Assembly: GCA_030447865.1 (NCBI GenBank)
Contig: JAUJOD010000004.1
Span: 240,074 to 304,073 of the forward strand
Length of the DNA: 64,000 nucleotides
Source of the DNA: Nocardioidaceae bacterium
Lineage (GTDB): Bacteria; Actinomycetota; Actinomycetes; Propionibacteriales; Nocardioidaceae
Reading direction: 5' to 3'
The position numbers were made by a program, and so were the translations under genes. Each line of letters opens with the position of its first letter. Position 1 is the stretch's first letter. Positions 21,655 to 31,286 of the stretch are shown piece after piece. Below the pieces are notes generated by a model. The model saw only the letters and a list, made by a program, of their open reading frames with translations. It was not told the DNA's origin and did no database searches.

Positions 21655-22872
21655 TCACTCCGGCGAGCAAGATGGCGGCTCTAGGTCCGAGAACGGCGGC
21701 GACGAGCCCCGCCGCCAGGGCACCAAGGGGCAGCACCCGTAGGTCGCCCAGCGAAAGACGGCAGTGGCCATAGCACGCATATCCGGTCGGCTAAGGCTCT
21801 GGCGGGTCGTGAGTGCGGTCAGGCCCCACGCACCGCTGCCGACCGCGGTCACAAAGGTCCCGGCTGCGAGCATCGGCGCGGAGAGCGAGCCACTGCCGGC
21901 GCCGGCAACCAGCAGGCCAGCCCCGCTCAGGGCTCCGCTGAGGACGAGGACCGGGCCAACGCCAAGACGCCGCTCTACGGGTGTGGCGAGTAACAAGCCG
22001 ACCGGGACGCCGGTACCGCCGATGCCGACGGCAAGGCCGAGGACCACTGGGGACAGTCCGAGGTGCTCTACCGCAAACACCACCAACAGCGCCTCATAGC
22101 CGGCAAACCCGGTGTTGAAGAGCACGCTGGACCACAGGATGGGACGAAGCTGCGGGTGGCGAAGCAGATAGCGCACTCCGCCGAGGACCTCCGCCCGCGA
22201 CGGCATTGTTTTGGGCGTGCGCTGGTCAGCGGGGGCGCGCAGCGCGGCCAGGGTGGCAACGCTCACCAGATAGCTGGCCGCGTCGACGGCCAGCGAACGC
22301 AGCGCGCCAATCGCTCCAACGAGTACGCCCCCGAGCGCAGGCCCACCGATGAGAGCCAGGGCCTCGCTAGCGGTCAACCAGGTGTTGGCCGAACGCAGCT
22401 GGTCAGCGTCCTCGACCAGGAGCGGAGTCAGTGACTGGTAGGCCACCTGGAACAGCACCGATCCACACCCCATGACTACGGCGGCGGCCAGTAGGTGCGG
22501 ATACGAGATCGTGGTGACCACGGCCGCGATGGGCACGCTACCCAGCGATGCCGTGCGCAATGCGTCGGCAAGCAACATCGACCGCCGAAGACCGATCCGG
22601 CTGACCCACGCGCCGGCTGGCAGCGCGAGCAACAGGAACGGGACCCTGGTGGCCCCGACAAGCATCGCGACCTCCGCCACAGACACCCCGGAGGCCAGCG
22701 CCACCAGGGGCAGCGCGAGCACGGTCACCTGGTCGCCGATCAGGCTGGCGCTCTGACCGATCCACAGCAGTCTCAGCGCCGGCGAGCTAGCCCCTCGGGG
22801 TGGTCCGTGCGCGCCGGCGTACCCGTTGCTACGCCAGCTCGCACGGATGGCGGTGCGGTCACGGTGCGACAA
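21655..22872 (-). CDS. MFS transporter; C-terminus apparently frameshifted (a better C-terminal continuation ends at 21575)
   Basis: 405-aa ORF with about 11 TM-like segments. After ...FRWATYG the frame yields non-membrane text. A shifted frame reads VLPLGALAAGLVAAVLGPRAAILLAGVIGQLCVLPLL..., which is a plausible last TM. Confidence 0.75.
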   Translation of the reverse strand: MSHRDRTAIRASWRSNGYAGAHGPPRGASSPALRLLWIGQSASLIGDQVTVLALPLVALASGVSVAEVAMLVGATRVPFLLLALPAGAWVSRIGLRRSMLLADALRTASLGSVPIAAVVTTISYPHLLAAAVVMGCGSVLFQVAYQSLTPLLVEDADQLRSANTWLTASEALALIGGPALGGVLVGAIGALRSLAVDAASYLVSVATLAALRAPADQRTPKTMPSRAEVLGGVRYLLRHPQLRPILWSSVLFNTGFAGYEALLVVFAVEHLGLSPVVLGLAVGIGGTGVPVGLLLATPVERRLGVGPVLVLSGALSGAGLLVAGAGSGSLSAPMLAAGTFVTAVGSGAWGLTALTTRQSLSRPDMRAMATAVFRWATYGCCPLVPWRRGSSPPFSDLEPPSCSPE

Positions 22873-23425
22873 CTGCCTCCGCGCGCAGCAGCGCCGTCAA
22901 TTCGCATAGCTCGGCGAACAGCCCGTCGAGGTTGGCGTTGTCAGCCTCGACAGTTCGCAACCGGCCATCTGCGGCGAGGCGCTGCCTCAGCGATAGGTGC
23001 ACGGCACCGGCTGGCACCATCCCCAGTGCGGTGACAACGGGCAAGAGCGCGGCAACCGCACGCGTCCCAGCCGAGGTCATCCCATATCCGACCAGCCCGA
23101 CCGGCTTGCGTCGCCACTCGGCATAGAGGAAGTCAAGGGCGTTCTTCAGCGGCGCAGGAAAGGAGTTGTTGTACTCCGGTGTCACCAGCATCACGGCGTC
23201 CAAAGCCGCGATCCGGCGGCTCCAGTCTCGGGTGTGTCGATGCGCGTAGCTTCCCGTTGAAGGCTCCTCCGCCTCGTCAAGGAACGGAAGAGCGACCTCA
23301 GCCAGGTCCAGTAGATCAACCTGGAGCGTGAGCTGTAGCTCGACGCGGCGGCATATCCAACGCGCGACCTCTGCCCCCGCCCTCCCGGGCCGGGTGCTTC
23401 CGATGATGACACCAAGCGTGATCAT
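22859..23425 (-). CDS. NAD(P)H-dependent FMN reductase family oxidoreductase
   Basis: Start set at the internal ATG 23425, preceded by gggag. The product is MITLGVIIGSTRPGRAG...TPEYNNSFPAPLKNALD, typical of the family. Confidence 0.8.
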   Translation of the reverse strand: MITLGVIIGSTRPGRAGAEVARWICRRVELQLTLQVDLLDLAEVALPFLDEAEEPSTGSYAHRHTRDWSRRIAALDAVMLVTPEYNNSFPAPLKNALDFLYAEWRRKPVGLVGYGMTSAGTRAVAALLPVVTALGMVPAGAVHLSLRQRLAADGRLRTVEADNANLDGLFAELCELTALLRAEAVVAP

Positions 23426-23440
23426 GCGTGGCTCCCTAAG

Positions 23441-23504
23441 TTGACGTGTCAAACTCCAGGGTGGGGCGAGAGCACTTGACATGTCAAGTGGATTTACGTG
23501 TCAA
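23441..23504. promoter_or_regulatory. three copies of a 12-bp palindrome TTGAC(G/A)TGTCAA / TTTACGTGTCAA in the divergent MarR/reductase intergenic region (putative MarR operators)
   Basis: Copies at 23441-23452, 23476-23487 and 23493-23504, read directly from the sequence. Confidence 0.65.
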
Positions 23505-23529
23505 TTTCCTACCCTCTAGCCTCTATCCC

Positions 23530-24030
23530 ATGACTGCGAAGCCGCACTGGCTCACTGAGGCTGAGCAGCAGGCTTGGAAGGGCTACCGGCTCATGACCCG
23601 TCAGCTTGAGGCGCGCCTCGCCCGAGAGCTTTCCCAGGGCTCGGGGTTGTCCATGCAGGACTACGACGTGCTCTCCGCGCTCACGGACGCCCCGGACCGC
23701 CGCTGGTGCGCCAAGGACCTCGCCGCTCACTTGCTCTGGTCGCCTTCGCGCCTCTCTCACCACCTCGACCGAATGCAGCGGCGCGAGCTGGTCAACCGCG
23801 TGGGCTGCCCCCAAGGACGTGGCACCGATGTCGTCCTCACTCCGGAGGGCTTAGCAGCGATCAAAGCAGCCGCCCCAGCCCATGTCGCCGCCGTCCGCGA
23901 CACCTTCATCGACCGGCTCACCGCCGAGGAACTCGCGACTCTGACGCGCCTCTCGGCCACCGTCGTCGAGGGACTCCACGAACCCGACCAGACGGGTGCC
24001 CAGCCGCTCCCAACGCGGGGACCAACCTGA
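23530..24030 (+). CDS. MarR family transcriptional regulator
   Basis: Start set at ATG 23530 (MTAKPHWLTEAEQQAWKGY...). The winged-helix region reads SMQDYDVLSALTDAPDRRWCAKDLAAHLLWSPSRLSHHLDRMQRRELV. Confidence 0.85.
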   Translation: MTAKPHWLTEAEQQAWKGYRLMTRQLEARLARELSQGSGLSMQDYDVLSALTDAPDRRWCAKDLAAHLLWSPSRLSHHLDRMQRRELVNRVGCPQGRGTDVVLTPEGLAAIKAAAPAHVAAVRDTFIDRLTAEELATLTRLSATVVEGLHEPDQTGAQPLPTRGPT

Positions 24031-24118
24031 CCACATCAGCGCTGCTGGGTCACGCCGATCGAAACGCCCGACCGGTGCACCTCAGCCGCGACCATGCGAA
24101 AGAACCGAGCGGTCGCGC

Positions 24119-25180
24119 TCACTCCTCGTCGAAAAGGACGGCCTGGTCGGGGAAGGGGGCATGTGCGGGGGCGGACATGCCAAGGTGCTGCCAGGCGGCG
24201 GGTGTGGCGACGCGGCCACGCGGCGTACGGGCCAGATAGCCCGAGCGGACCAAGAACGGCTCGGCGACCTCTTCAACCGTCTCGCGCTCCTCGCCCACTG
24301 CCACGGCGAGCGTGCTCAAGCCCACCGGGCCGCCAGCGAACCGGCGGCACAGCGCGTCGAGCACTGCTCGGTCGAGCCGGTCCAGACCGGACTCGTCGAC
24401 TTCGTAGAGCGCGAGCGCGGCGCGAGCCAGCGGTTGAGTCACCACCCCGTCGGCGCGCACCTGGGCGTAGTCACGCACGCGGCGGAGGAGCCGGTTGGCG
24501 ATGCGCGGGGTCCCACGCGAGCGGGAGGCGATCTCGGCGGTGGCCGGCTCGTCGACCTGCACCTGCAGGAGGCGGGCGGACCGGGTGACGATGCGCTGGA
24601 GGTCAGCCGGCTCGTAGAACTCAAGATGCCCGGTGAACCCGAACCTGTCGCGCAGCGGCCCCGGCAACAGCCCCGCACGAGTCGTCGCACCCACCACGGT
24701 GAACGGCGGGATCTGCAACGGAATCGCGGTCGCCCCGGGGCCCTTGCCGATCACCACGTCGACGCGGAAGTCCTCCATCGCCAGGTAGAGCATCTCTTCC
24801 GCGGGGCGCGACATGCGATGAACCTCGTCGAGGAACAGTACGTCGCCCTCGCTGAGGCCCGACAGGATCGCCGCCAGGTCTCCGGCATGCTGAATCGCTG
24901 GCCCGCTCGTCACCCGCAGTGGGCTGCTCATCTCGGTGGCGACGATCATCGCCATGGTGGTCTTGCCCAGGCCCGGCGGACCGGACAGCAGCACGTGGTC
25001 GGGAGGACGACCGCGACCCCGCGCAGCGGCCAGCACCAGGCCGAGCTGTTCACGGACCCGCTCCTGGCCGATCACCTCGTCAAGGGTGCGGGGGCGGAGG
25101 GCGGCCTCGACAGCCCGCTCATCGCCCTCGGCTTCGGCCTGCAGCAGCGAGCAACCGTCGGGATCGTCGTACGTCGCCAT
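24119..25180 (-). CDS. ruvB: Holliday junction branch migration helicase RuvB
   Basis: 353 aa. Motifs are [20 protein letters not shown] and GATTRAG. Confidence 0.95.
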   Translation of the reverse strand: MATYDDPDGCSLLQAEAEGDERAVEAALRPRTLDEVIGQERVREQLGLVLAAARGRGRPPDHVLLSGPPGLGKTTMAMIVATEMSSPLRVTSGPAIQHAGDLAAILSGLSEGDVLFLDEVHRMSRPAEEMLYLAMEDFRVDVVIGKGPGATAIPLQIPPFTVVGATTRAGLLPGPLRDRFGFTGHLEFYEPADLQRIVTRSARLLQVQVDEPATAEIASRSRGTPRIANRLLRRVRDYAQVRADGVVTQPLARAALALYEVDESGLDRLDRAVLDALCRRFAGGPVGLSTLAVAVGEERETVEEVAEPFLVRSGYLARTPRGRVATPAAWQHLGMSAPAHAPFPDQAVLFDEE

Positions 25181-25185
25181 GTCGC

Positions 25186-25809
25186 TCAGGCCTTCGACAA
25201 CGACCGCAGGGCGGCGCGCAGGAGCTCGGCCACGGGGATGGGGTTGCCGTCGGCGCTCGCCGCGTCAGCCAGCGGGCCAACGGTGTCGACGGCCGCCTCG
25301 GCCTCCCGCACCGACCAGCCGAGGCCCAGCAGTCCGGAGCGCACCTGGTGCCGCCAGTCACCGGTCGGCGTCGACAGCCTCGCGGTGGCTTCAGACCCCA
25401 CCGTGGCCGGCGCGTCGATGCGGTCCTTCAGCTCCAGCACGATCCGCTGGGCGCCCTTGCGGCCGATGCCGGGCACCTTGCACAAGGCCGCAAGGTCTTC
25501 GGTCACCACCGCTCTGCGCAGCGCGTCGGGACCGTGCACCGCCAGCATCGCCTGCGCCAGCTTTGGCCCGACCCCGCTGGCCGTCTGCAACAGCTCGAAG
25601 ATTGCGCGCTCGTCGTAGTCGGCGAAGCCGAACAACGTCAAGGAGTCCTCACGCACGACCATCGAGGTCGCCAACGTTGCCTCCTGACCCACCCGCAGCG
25701 ACGCCAGCGCGCTCGGCGTACACATGACCAGCATGCCAACGCCGCCGACGTCGATCACCGCGGCGTCAACGAACACGGCGGTCACTGGCCCGCGGACGAA
25801 GGCGATCAC
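25186..25809 (-). CDS. ruvA: Holliday junction DNA-binding protein RuvA
   Basis: GTG start at 25809 overlaps the ruvC stop (GTGA). The product is VIAFVRGPV...[11 protein letters not shown]...[20 protein letters not shown] (HhH motifs). Confidence 0.9.
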   Translation of the reverse strand: MIAFVRGPVTAVFVDAAVIDVGGVGMLVMCTPSALASLRVGQEATLATSMVVREDSLTLFGFADYDERAIFELLQTASGVGPKLAQAMLAVHGPDALRRAVVTEDLAALCKVPGIGRKGAQRIVLELKDRIDAPATVGSEATARLSTPTGDWRHQVRSGLLGLGWSVREAEAAVDTVGPLADAASADGNPIPVAELLRAALRSLSKA

Positions 25810-26354
25810 GTGGTGACCTCCGCCTGAGCGGCGCTGAGGTCCGCTCGGGCGGCCCGCGCTGCCGCGGTCAGCCGGTCGACGGCCGCGCCACGCCAGATGC
25901 AGCACATCGCCAGCGCGAGCGCGTCAGCGGCGTCCGGCGTCGACGGTTGCTCACCCAACCGCAGCAGTCGCACCACCATCGCGGTGACCTGGACCTTGTC
26001 GGCCCGTCCGCTCCCGGTAACCGCTGCCTTGACCTCGCTCGGCGTGTGTAGCGCTACGGGGATCCCCCGTCGCGTGGCCGCGACGATGGCGAGGCCGGAG
26101 ACCTGGGCGGTGCCCATCACGGTGCGGACGTTGTGTTGGGAGAACACCCGCTCGACGGCGACCGCATCGGGCTGGTAGCGATCGATCCAGTCGTCAAGCT
26201 CAGCGCCGATGGTGACCAGCCGAGCGCCGAGGTCGGTGCGAGCGGCGGTGCGGACAACCCCGACCGCCACCGCGGTCAACGGTCGACCGGTGGAGCCCTC
26301 CACGACGCCGAGTCCGCAGCGGGTGAGCCCCGGGTCGACACCAAGCACCCGCAT
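25806..26354 (-). CDS. ruvC: crossover junction endodeoxyribonuclease RuvC
   Basis: Start set at the internal ATG 26354. The product is [18 protein letters not shown]...AVERVF...ADALALAMC. Confidence 0.9.
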   Translation of the reverse strand: MRVLGVDPGLTRCGLGVVEGSTGRPLTAVAVGVVRTAARTDLGARLVTIGAELDDWIDRYQPDAVAVERVFSQHNVRTVMGTAQVSGLAIVAATRRGIPVALHTPSEVKAAVTGSGRADKVQVTAMVVRLLRLGEQPSTPDAADALALAMCCIWRGAAVDRLTAAARAARADLSAAQAEVTT

Positions 26355-26497
26355 GGCGCCTCCTCCCGCGCGGTGTCGCTCCCGGCTGAGTGAGCCGACC
26401 GGAGACGGGCGCACAGCGATGAGCGAACAGGTGTTCGATCTGTTGACCAACGTAACGCGGACCGGCGACAACGCGCGGCAGCGACGCGCCGGAGCGC

Positions 26498-27259
26498 TCA
26501 GGCCAGCTGGGCCAAGACCTCGTCGGAGACGTCGAAGTTGGCGAACACATTCTGTACGTCGTCGGAGTCCTCGAGCGCCTCGATCAAGCGGAAGATCCGG
26601 GCGGCGTGAGCGCTATCGACGCCGACGGTCACGCTCGGCACGAACGACGCCTCTGCCGACTCATAGTCGATACCGCTCTCCTGCAACGCCGACCGCACCG
26701 CGACCAGGTCGGTCGGTTCGCAGACCACCTCGATCGAGTCGCCGAGGTCGCTGACCTCCTCCGCCCCGGCATCGAGCACCGCGTCGAGCACGTCGTCCTC
26801 GTCGATCTCTTTGCCGGTCTGCGCCTTGGGCACGATCAGCACGCCCTTGCGGGTGAACATGTACGACACCGATCCGGCGTCGGCCATCGACCCGCCGTTG
26901 CGCGTCATCGCAGTGCGTACGTCGCCCGCCGCGCGGTTGCGGTTGTCGGTCAGGCACTCGACAAGCAGCGCCACTCCCCCGGGCGCGTACCCCTCATAGA
27001 GGATGGTCTGGTAGTCGGCGCCGCCGGCCTCAAGACCCGAGCCGCGCTTCACGGCCCGATCGATGTTGTCGTTCGGCACCGAGGACTTCTTCGCCTTCTG
27101 GATGGCGTCGAACAGCGTCGGGTTGCCGGTCGGGTCGCCGCCGCCGGTGCGCGCGGCCACCTCGATGTTCTTGATCAGCTTGGCGAACAGTTTGCCCCGC
27201 CGGGCGTCGACGACCGCCTTCTTGTGCTTGGTGGTCGCCCACTTGGAGTGGCCGGACAT
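26498..27259 (-). CDS. YebC/PmpR family DNA-binding transcriptional regulator
   Basis: 253 aa beginning [37 protein letters not shown], the hallmark N-terminus. Confidence 0.9.
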   Translation of the reverse strand: MSGHSKWATTKHKKAVVDARRGKLFAKLIKNIEVAARTGGGDPTGNPTLFDAIQKAKKSSVPNDNIDRAVKRGSGLEAGGADYQTILYEGYAPGGVALLVECLTDNRNRAAGDVRTAMTRNGGSMADAGSVSYMFTRKGVLIVPKAQTGKEIDEDDVLDAVLDAGAEEVSDLGDSIEVVCEPTDLVAVRSALQESGIDYESAEASFVPSVTVGVDSAHAARIFRLIEALEDSDDVQNVFANFDVSDEVLAQLA

Positions 27260-27274
27260 GAGGCGTGAAGCTCC

Positions 27275-27874
27275 TTAGCTGCTGCGGATCAGTTCGACGA
27301 AGTACCGGTGTATCCGGTCGTCGGAGGTGAGCTCAGGGTGGAACGACGTCGCTACCACGGCACCCTGGCGCACCGCGACGATCCTACCGACCGCCGGGTC
27401 CTCGGCTACGGTGGCGAGCACCTCGACGCCGTCGCCAAGCTTCTCGACCCAGGGCGCGCGGATGAAGACAGCGTGGAACGGCTCGTCGAAGGCCGCGAAG
27501 TCGACGTCGCTCTCGAACGAGTCGACCTGCCGGCCGAACGCGTTGCGGCGTACGACGACGTCGAGGCCGCCGAGAGTCTGCTGGCCTTCGATGCCGCCCT
27601 CGATCGTGTCGGCGAGCATGATCATGCCGGCGCAGGTGCCGAGCACCGGCCTGCCTGCGGCAATGTGCTGGCGCAGCGGCTCGAACAGCTCGAAGATGTT
27701 GGCCAGCTTGTACATGGTGGTGGACTCACCGCCGGGCAGTACCATCGCGTCGACATCGGCGAGCTCGCCCGGCCTGCGGACCGGGCGGGCGTCAGCACCG
27801 GCGCCGCCCAGCATCTGCAGGTGCTCACGGACGTCACCTTGGAGGGCGAGGACGCCCACAACCGGCCGCGGCAT
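27275..27874 (-). CDS. pdxT: pyridoxal 5'-phosphate synthase glutaminase subunit PdxT
   Basis: Start set at the internal ATG 27874, preceded by gaggagg. The product is [18 protein letters not shown]...GTCAGMIML...SFHPE. The track ORF has a 110-codon spurious extension. Confidence 0.9.
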   Translation of the reverse strand: MPRPVVGVLALQGDVREHLQMLGGAGADARPVRRPGELADVDAMVLPGGESTTMYKLANIFELFEPLRQHIAAGRPVLGTCAGMIMLADTIEGGIEGQQTLGGLDVVVRRNAFGRQVDSFESDVDFAAFDEPFHAVFIRAPWVEKLGDGVEVLATVAEDPAVGRIVAVRQGAVVATSFHPELTSDDRIHRYFVELIRSS

Positions 27875-27887
27875 GGTGCAGTCCTCC

Positions 27888-28472
27888 TCAGGCGAAAGAC
27901 ACGGGCCGCCGCTGCCAGGCGACCGTGACCTCGATGCGGCCCTCGTCGAACAGCGAGTGAATGCCGTTGCGGGAAAGGGTGTCCTGCACGTCGGCGAGCA
28001 GGTCGTCGCCGGGTGCGACGTTCGCGCTGTTGCCGTGCCACAGGTTGACCTCGAGCATGCCGTGATCGACAGCGTGCCAGACGTCGGTATGGGTGAAGTA
28101 GGCGATCCCGCGCGGTCGGACTCCGGCAGCGGCGAGGGTCTGCAGCATCTCCTGGGCGGCCCAGTGGTCCTCGCATGCTTGCAGGACGACGATGCCGACC
28201 GCATCCAGCTCCGTCAGCGCTGCCTGCAGCCGGTCGAACTCGGTGATCTCTGGCCAGGACGCCGCCGCCGCACCGAGCGACTCCTCGGCCGACGCGACGT
28301 ACTCCGCAGCCAGCCGCTCGGCCTCGGCGCGGTCCTTGACCTCCTCCTGCACCGCCGCCAGGACCTCGGCGCGCACCTCATCGAGGGGCCGGAAACCCGA
28401 CCAGACCTGCACCCGTGCGTAGTTTCGCAACTGGTCCAGACGCGCGGCCTTGTCGGGACTACCGATGGCCAC
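27888..28472 (-). CDS. hypothetical protein inserted between pdxS and pdxT
   Basis: 194-aa ORF packed tightly between pdxS (3-nt gap) and pdxT (13-nt gap). No motif was recognised. Confidence 0.55.
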   Translation of the reverse strand: MAIGSPDKAARLDQLRNYARVQVWSGFRPLDEVRAEVLAAVQEEVKDRAEAERLAAEYVASAEESLGAAAASWPEITEFDRLQAALTELDAVGIVVLQACEDHWAAQEMLQTLAAAGVRPRGIAYFTHTDVWHAVDHGMLEVNLWHGNSANVAPGDDLLADVQDTLSRNGIHSLFDEGRIEVTVAWQRRPVSFA

Positions 28473-28475
28473 CGG

Positions 28476-29399
28476 TCACCAGCCGCGCTCGGCCAGGCGG
28501 TGCGGTTGCGGTATCTCTTCGACGTTGATGCCGACCATGGCTTCGCCGAGGCCGCGCGACACCTTGGCGATCACGTCGGGGTCGTCGTAGAACGTCGTAG
28601 CCTTGACGATTGCCGCCGCACGCTGGGCCGGGTTCCCGGACTTGAAGATGCCGGAGCCCACGAAGACGCCTTCGGCACCGAGCTGCATCATCATCGCCGC
28701 GTCGGCCGGCGTGGCGATGCCGCCGGCGGTGAAGAGCACCACCGGAAGCTTGCCGGCAGCGGCGACCTCACGGACCAGCTCGTACGGCGCCTGCAGATCC
28801 TTCGCCGCGACGTACAGCTCGTCCTCGCTCATCGACGCCAGCCGGCGCAGCTCGCCCCGGATCGCGCGCATGTGGGTTGTCGCGTTTGACACGTCACCGG
28901 TGCCTGCCTCGCCCTTGGAGCGGATCATCGCCGCGCCCTCGGTGATGCGGCGCAGCGCCTCACCCAGGTTGGTGGCGCCGCAAACGAACGGCACGGTGAA
29001 CTGCCACTTGTCGATGTGGTGGCCGAAGTCGGCGGGGGTGAGCACCTCGGACTCGTCGACGTAGTCGACCCCGAGGCTTTGCAGCACCTGCGCCTCGACG
29101 AAGTGTCCGATGCGCGCCTTGGCCATCACCGGGATCGACACGGCGTCGATGATGTTCTCGATCTTGTCGGGGTCGCTCATCCGCGACACCCCACCCTGAG
29201 CCCGGATGTCGGCCGGCACGCGCTCGAGCGCCATCACCGCGACGGCACCGGAGTCCTCGGCGATCTTGGCCTGCTCGGCGGTGACGACGTCCATGATCAC
29301 GCCGCCCTTGAGCATCTCGGCCATGCCGCGCTTGACCCGCGCGGTGCCGGTGCCGGTCGCGGGCACGGTGGACGACGAGGTGGTGCCGTTGTCAGTCAC
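28476..29399 (-). CDS. pdxS: pyridoxal 5'-phosphate synthase lyase subunit PdxS (start uncertain: GTG 29399 or upstream ATG 29435)
   Basis: Matching segments are [44 protein letters not shown] and GEAGTG. Confidence 0.9.
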   Translation of the reverse strand: MTDNGTTSSSTVPATGTGTARVKRGMAEMLKGGVIMDVVTAEQAKIAEDSGAVAVMALERVPADIRAQGGVSRMSDPDKIENIIDAVSIPVMAKARIGHFVEAQVLQSLGVDYVDESEVLTPADFGHHIDKWQFTVPFVCGATNLGEALRRITEGAAMIRSKGEAGTGDVSNATTHMRAIRGELRRLASMSEDELYVAAKDLQAPYELVREVAAAGKLPVVLFTAGGIATPADAAMMMQLGAEGVFVGSGIFKSGNPAQRAAAIVKATTFYDDPDVIAKVSRGLGEAMVGINVEEIPQPHRLAERGW

Positions 29400-29550
29400 G
29401 TTCAACCTTAGATCGCGGTTTGGGATTGCTCTCATGGTACGGCGCGTCCGTTCGACGCTCCAACCAACCACGCGGGCGGCCGCAGCGGCCCGAATCTGCG
29501 CGGCTGCCCTACGACGTCCGCGTCACGCGACCGCCCAACACCGGTACGTG

Positions 29551-29633
29551 TGCCGCCGTGCGTCGGAAGACGGACGCCAACGGCGCGAAAAACGCGTACT
29601 TCTGCCGCCGTGTGTCGGAAGACGAACGCAACG
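29551..29633. repeat. two ~31-nt direct repeats (tgccgccgtgYgtcggaagacgRacgc-aacg) 52 bp apart in the pdxS upstream region
   Basis: Copies start at 29551 and 29603, read directly from the sequence. Confidence 0.6.
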
Positions 29634-29655
29634 CAAGTGCGAACGAGGTCACCGG

Positions 29656-30168
29656 TCAGGGCACCGCGTCGTCGAAGTCGATCATCGCGGGCGGCTCCGC
29701 ACGTCCGGCCAACCGGAACCAGCGGACCCGCCGTCGGCTGCGCAGGGCCAACGTGCTGGCCACCCGGTCGTTGTGGATGCGCCGGGCGACCGAGACGTTT
29801 CGGGCGGCGTCACGCAGTTCGCCCACGAGCGGGTCGGCTGACTCCGCCGGGAGGTCGACTAGGTGAAGAGTGTGGGTGAGCTCGGACTCGGCGAGCCACT
29901 TCTCGGCCCCGGTCGCCTCGCGCGCTTGGTGCGCCGCCTCCAGGAGCAACAGCGCCGAGGCGGGGTCACCCAAGCCACCGCCGGCCAGTTCTACGGCGAC
30001 CGCCGACCGGCGCAGCAGCGCCGAGCGCAGTGCCACGTCGGCAGCCTCGCAGCGAAGGTGCAACCGATCCAGACGTCCGGCCGTCCAGGTGAACCACACG
30101 GCCAACAGCGCAAACAGGACGAGCAGACCGACCGCCAGCGCCCACAGCGGTCCGGAGACGTCCGTCAT
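29656..30168 (-). CDS. hypothetical membrane-anchored protein
   Basis: 170 aa with N-terminal TM LWALAVGLLVLFALLAVWF. It has a 4-nt overlap with the pimA stop. Confidence 0.55.
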   Translation of the reverse strand: MTDVSGPLWALAVGLLVLFALLAVWFTWTAGRLDRLHLRCEAADVALRSALLRRSAVAVELAGGGLGDPASALLLLEAAHQAREATGAEKWLAESELTHTLHLVDLPAESADPLVGELRDAARNVSVARRIHNDRVASTLALRSRRRVRWFRLAGRAEPPAMIDFDDAVP

Positions 30169-31286
30169 GACACCGGCTTGAGCCTGCCGTTGGCCATGAC
30201 TGTGTCGTAGACCGCCTCGATCTGGGGCACGACCCGCGACCAGTCATATCGGCGTACTTCGCGGGCAGCTCGCTGCCGGGTCTCCTCGCGCCGCTGCGGG
30301 TCGTCAAGCAGCCGGCAGATCGCCTCGGCAGCAGCAGCCGCATCGCCCGGCGCGAACAGCTCCCCCAAGGTGCCCCCGCTGAGGACGGAGCGGAACGGCG
30401 GCAGGTCGCTCGCCGCCACGGCCGCCTCGGCCGCCATTGCCTCCAGCAGCACGATGCCGAAGCTCTCACCCCCGGTCTGCGGCGCGACGTACACGGTTGC
30501 GGAGGCGAGCAGGGCCGCTTTGTCGTCGTCGGAGACCTGGCCCAGCAGTTCTATCCGCTCGACCAGCGGGTCAAGCAGCCCGTCGAGCGCCTCGGCGGCG
30601 CCCCGCCCGGCAACCAGCAGCCGTGCCGAAGGGTGCCGTGCCAGCACGGCCGGGAGGGCGTCGACAAGCACCGACAACCCCTTGCGCGGCTCGTCGGTGC
30701 GGCCGAGGAACGCCAGCGTCGGCCCCGGTCCTGACCACTCCGGACGCGGGCGGGCCTGTGAGAAGGAGCGGCAGGACACGCCGTTCGGTATCACCACCGG
30801 CTCACCACCGACGTGCTGCACCAGGGTTGCCCGCGCCGCCTCGGAGACCGCGATCCGGGCCGAGATCTTCTCCAGTGACGGACGTAGCAGCGCCGCGGCG
30901 GACGACAGACTGCGCGACCGGACGTTCGCGGTGTGAAAGGTGGCGACCACTGGCCCTTCCGCAGCCCACAGCGCAAGCAGCGAAACGCTCGGGGTCGCCG
31001 GTTCATGCACATGCAAGACGTCGAAGCCGCCGTCGCGCAGCCACCGCCGGGTCCGGTTGGCGACCCTGGGGCCAAAGGCCAACCGCGCGACAGACCCGTT
31101 GTACCTGACCGGCACCGCCTTGCCGACAGTCTCGACGTACGCCGGGAGGCTTGCGTCGGGCTCCCCCGGCGCCAGCACGCCGACGTCGTGCCCCCGGCTG
31201 ATCAGGACGTCGGCCAGGTCGCGCACGTGGTTCTGCACCCCGCCCGGCACGTCGAGGGAGTAGGGACAGACCAGGCCGATCCTCAT
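30165..31286 (-). CDS. pimA: GT4 glycosyltransferase, phosphatidylinositol alpha-mannosyltransferase-like
   Basis: 373 aa beginning MRIGLVCPYSLDVPGGVQNHV, with an E(x7)E-type C-terminal motif (ESFGIVLLEAMA). It sits in the conserved pgsA-patA-pimA context. Confidence 0.8.
   Translation of the reverse strand: MRIGLVCPYSLDVPGGVQNHVRDLADVLISRGHDVGVLAPGEPDASLPAYVETVGKAVPVRYNGSVARLAFGPRVANRTRRWLRDGGFDVLHVHEPATPSVSLLALWAAEGPVVATFHTANVRSRSLSSAAALLRPSLEKISARIAVSEAARATLVQHVGGEPVVIPNGVSCRSFSQARPRPEWSGPGPTLAFLGRTDEPRKGLSVLVDALPAVLARHPSARLLVAGRGAAEALDGLLDPLVERIELLGQVSDDDKAALLASATVYVAPQTGGESFGIVLLEAMAAEAAVAASDLPPFRSVLSGGTLGELFAPGDAAAAAEAICRLLDDPQRREETRQRAAREVRRYDWSRVVPQIEAVYDTVMANGRLKPVS

Noticed and set aside
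27875-28204. Long N-terminal extensions of track ORFs: pdxT to 28204, ruvC to 26471, ruvA to 25905, patA-like to 32446, secF to 19629, reductase to 23482, MarR from 23446, and the 13340 start
   Set aside because: The extensions overlap neighbouring genes and have Arg/Pro/Ser-rich nonsense text. Conserved N-termini begin at internal ATG/GTG codons, which have RBS-like purine tracts or stop/start overlaps.
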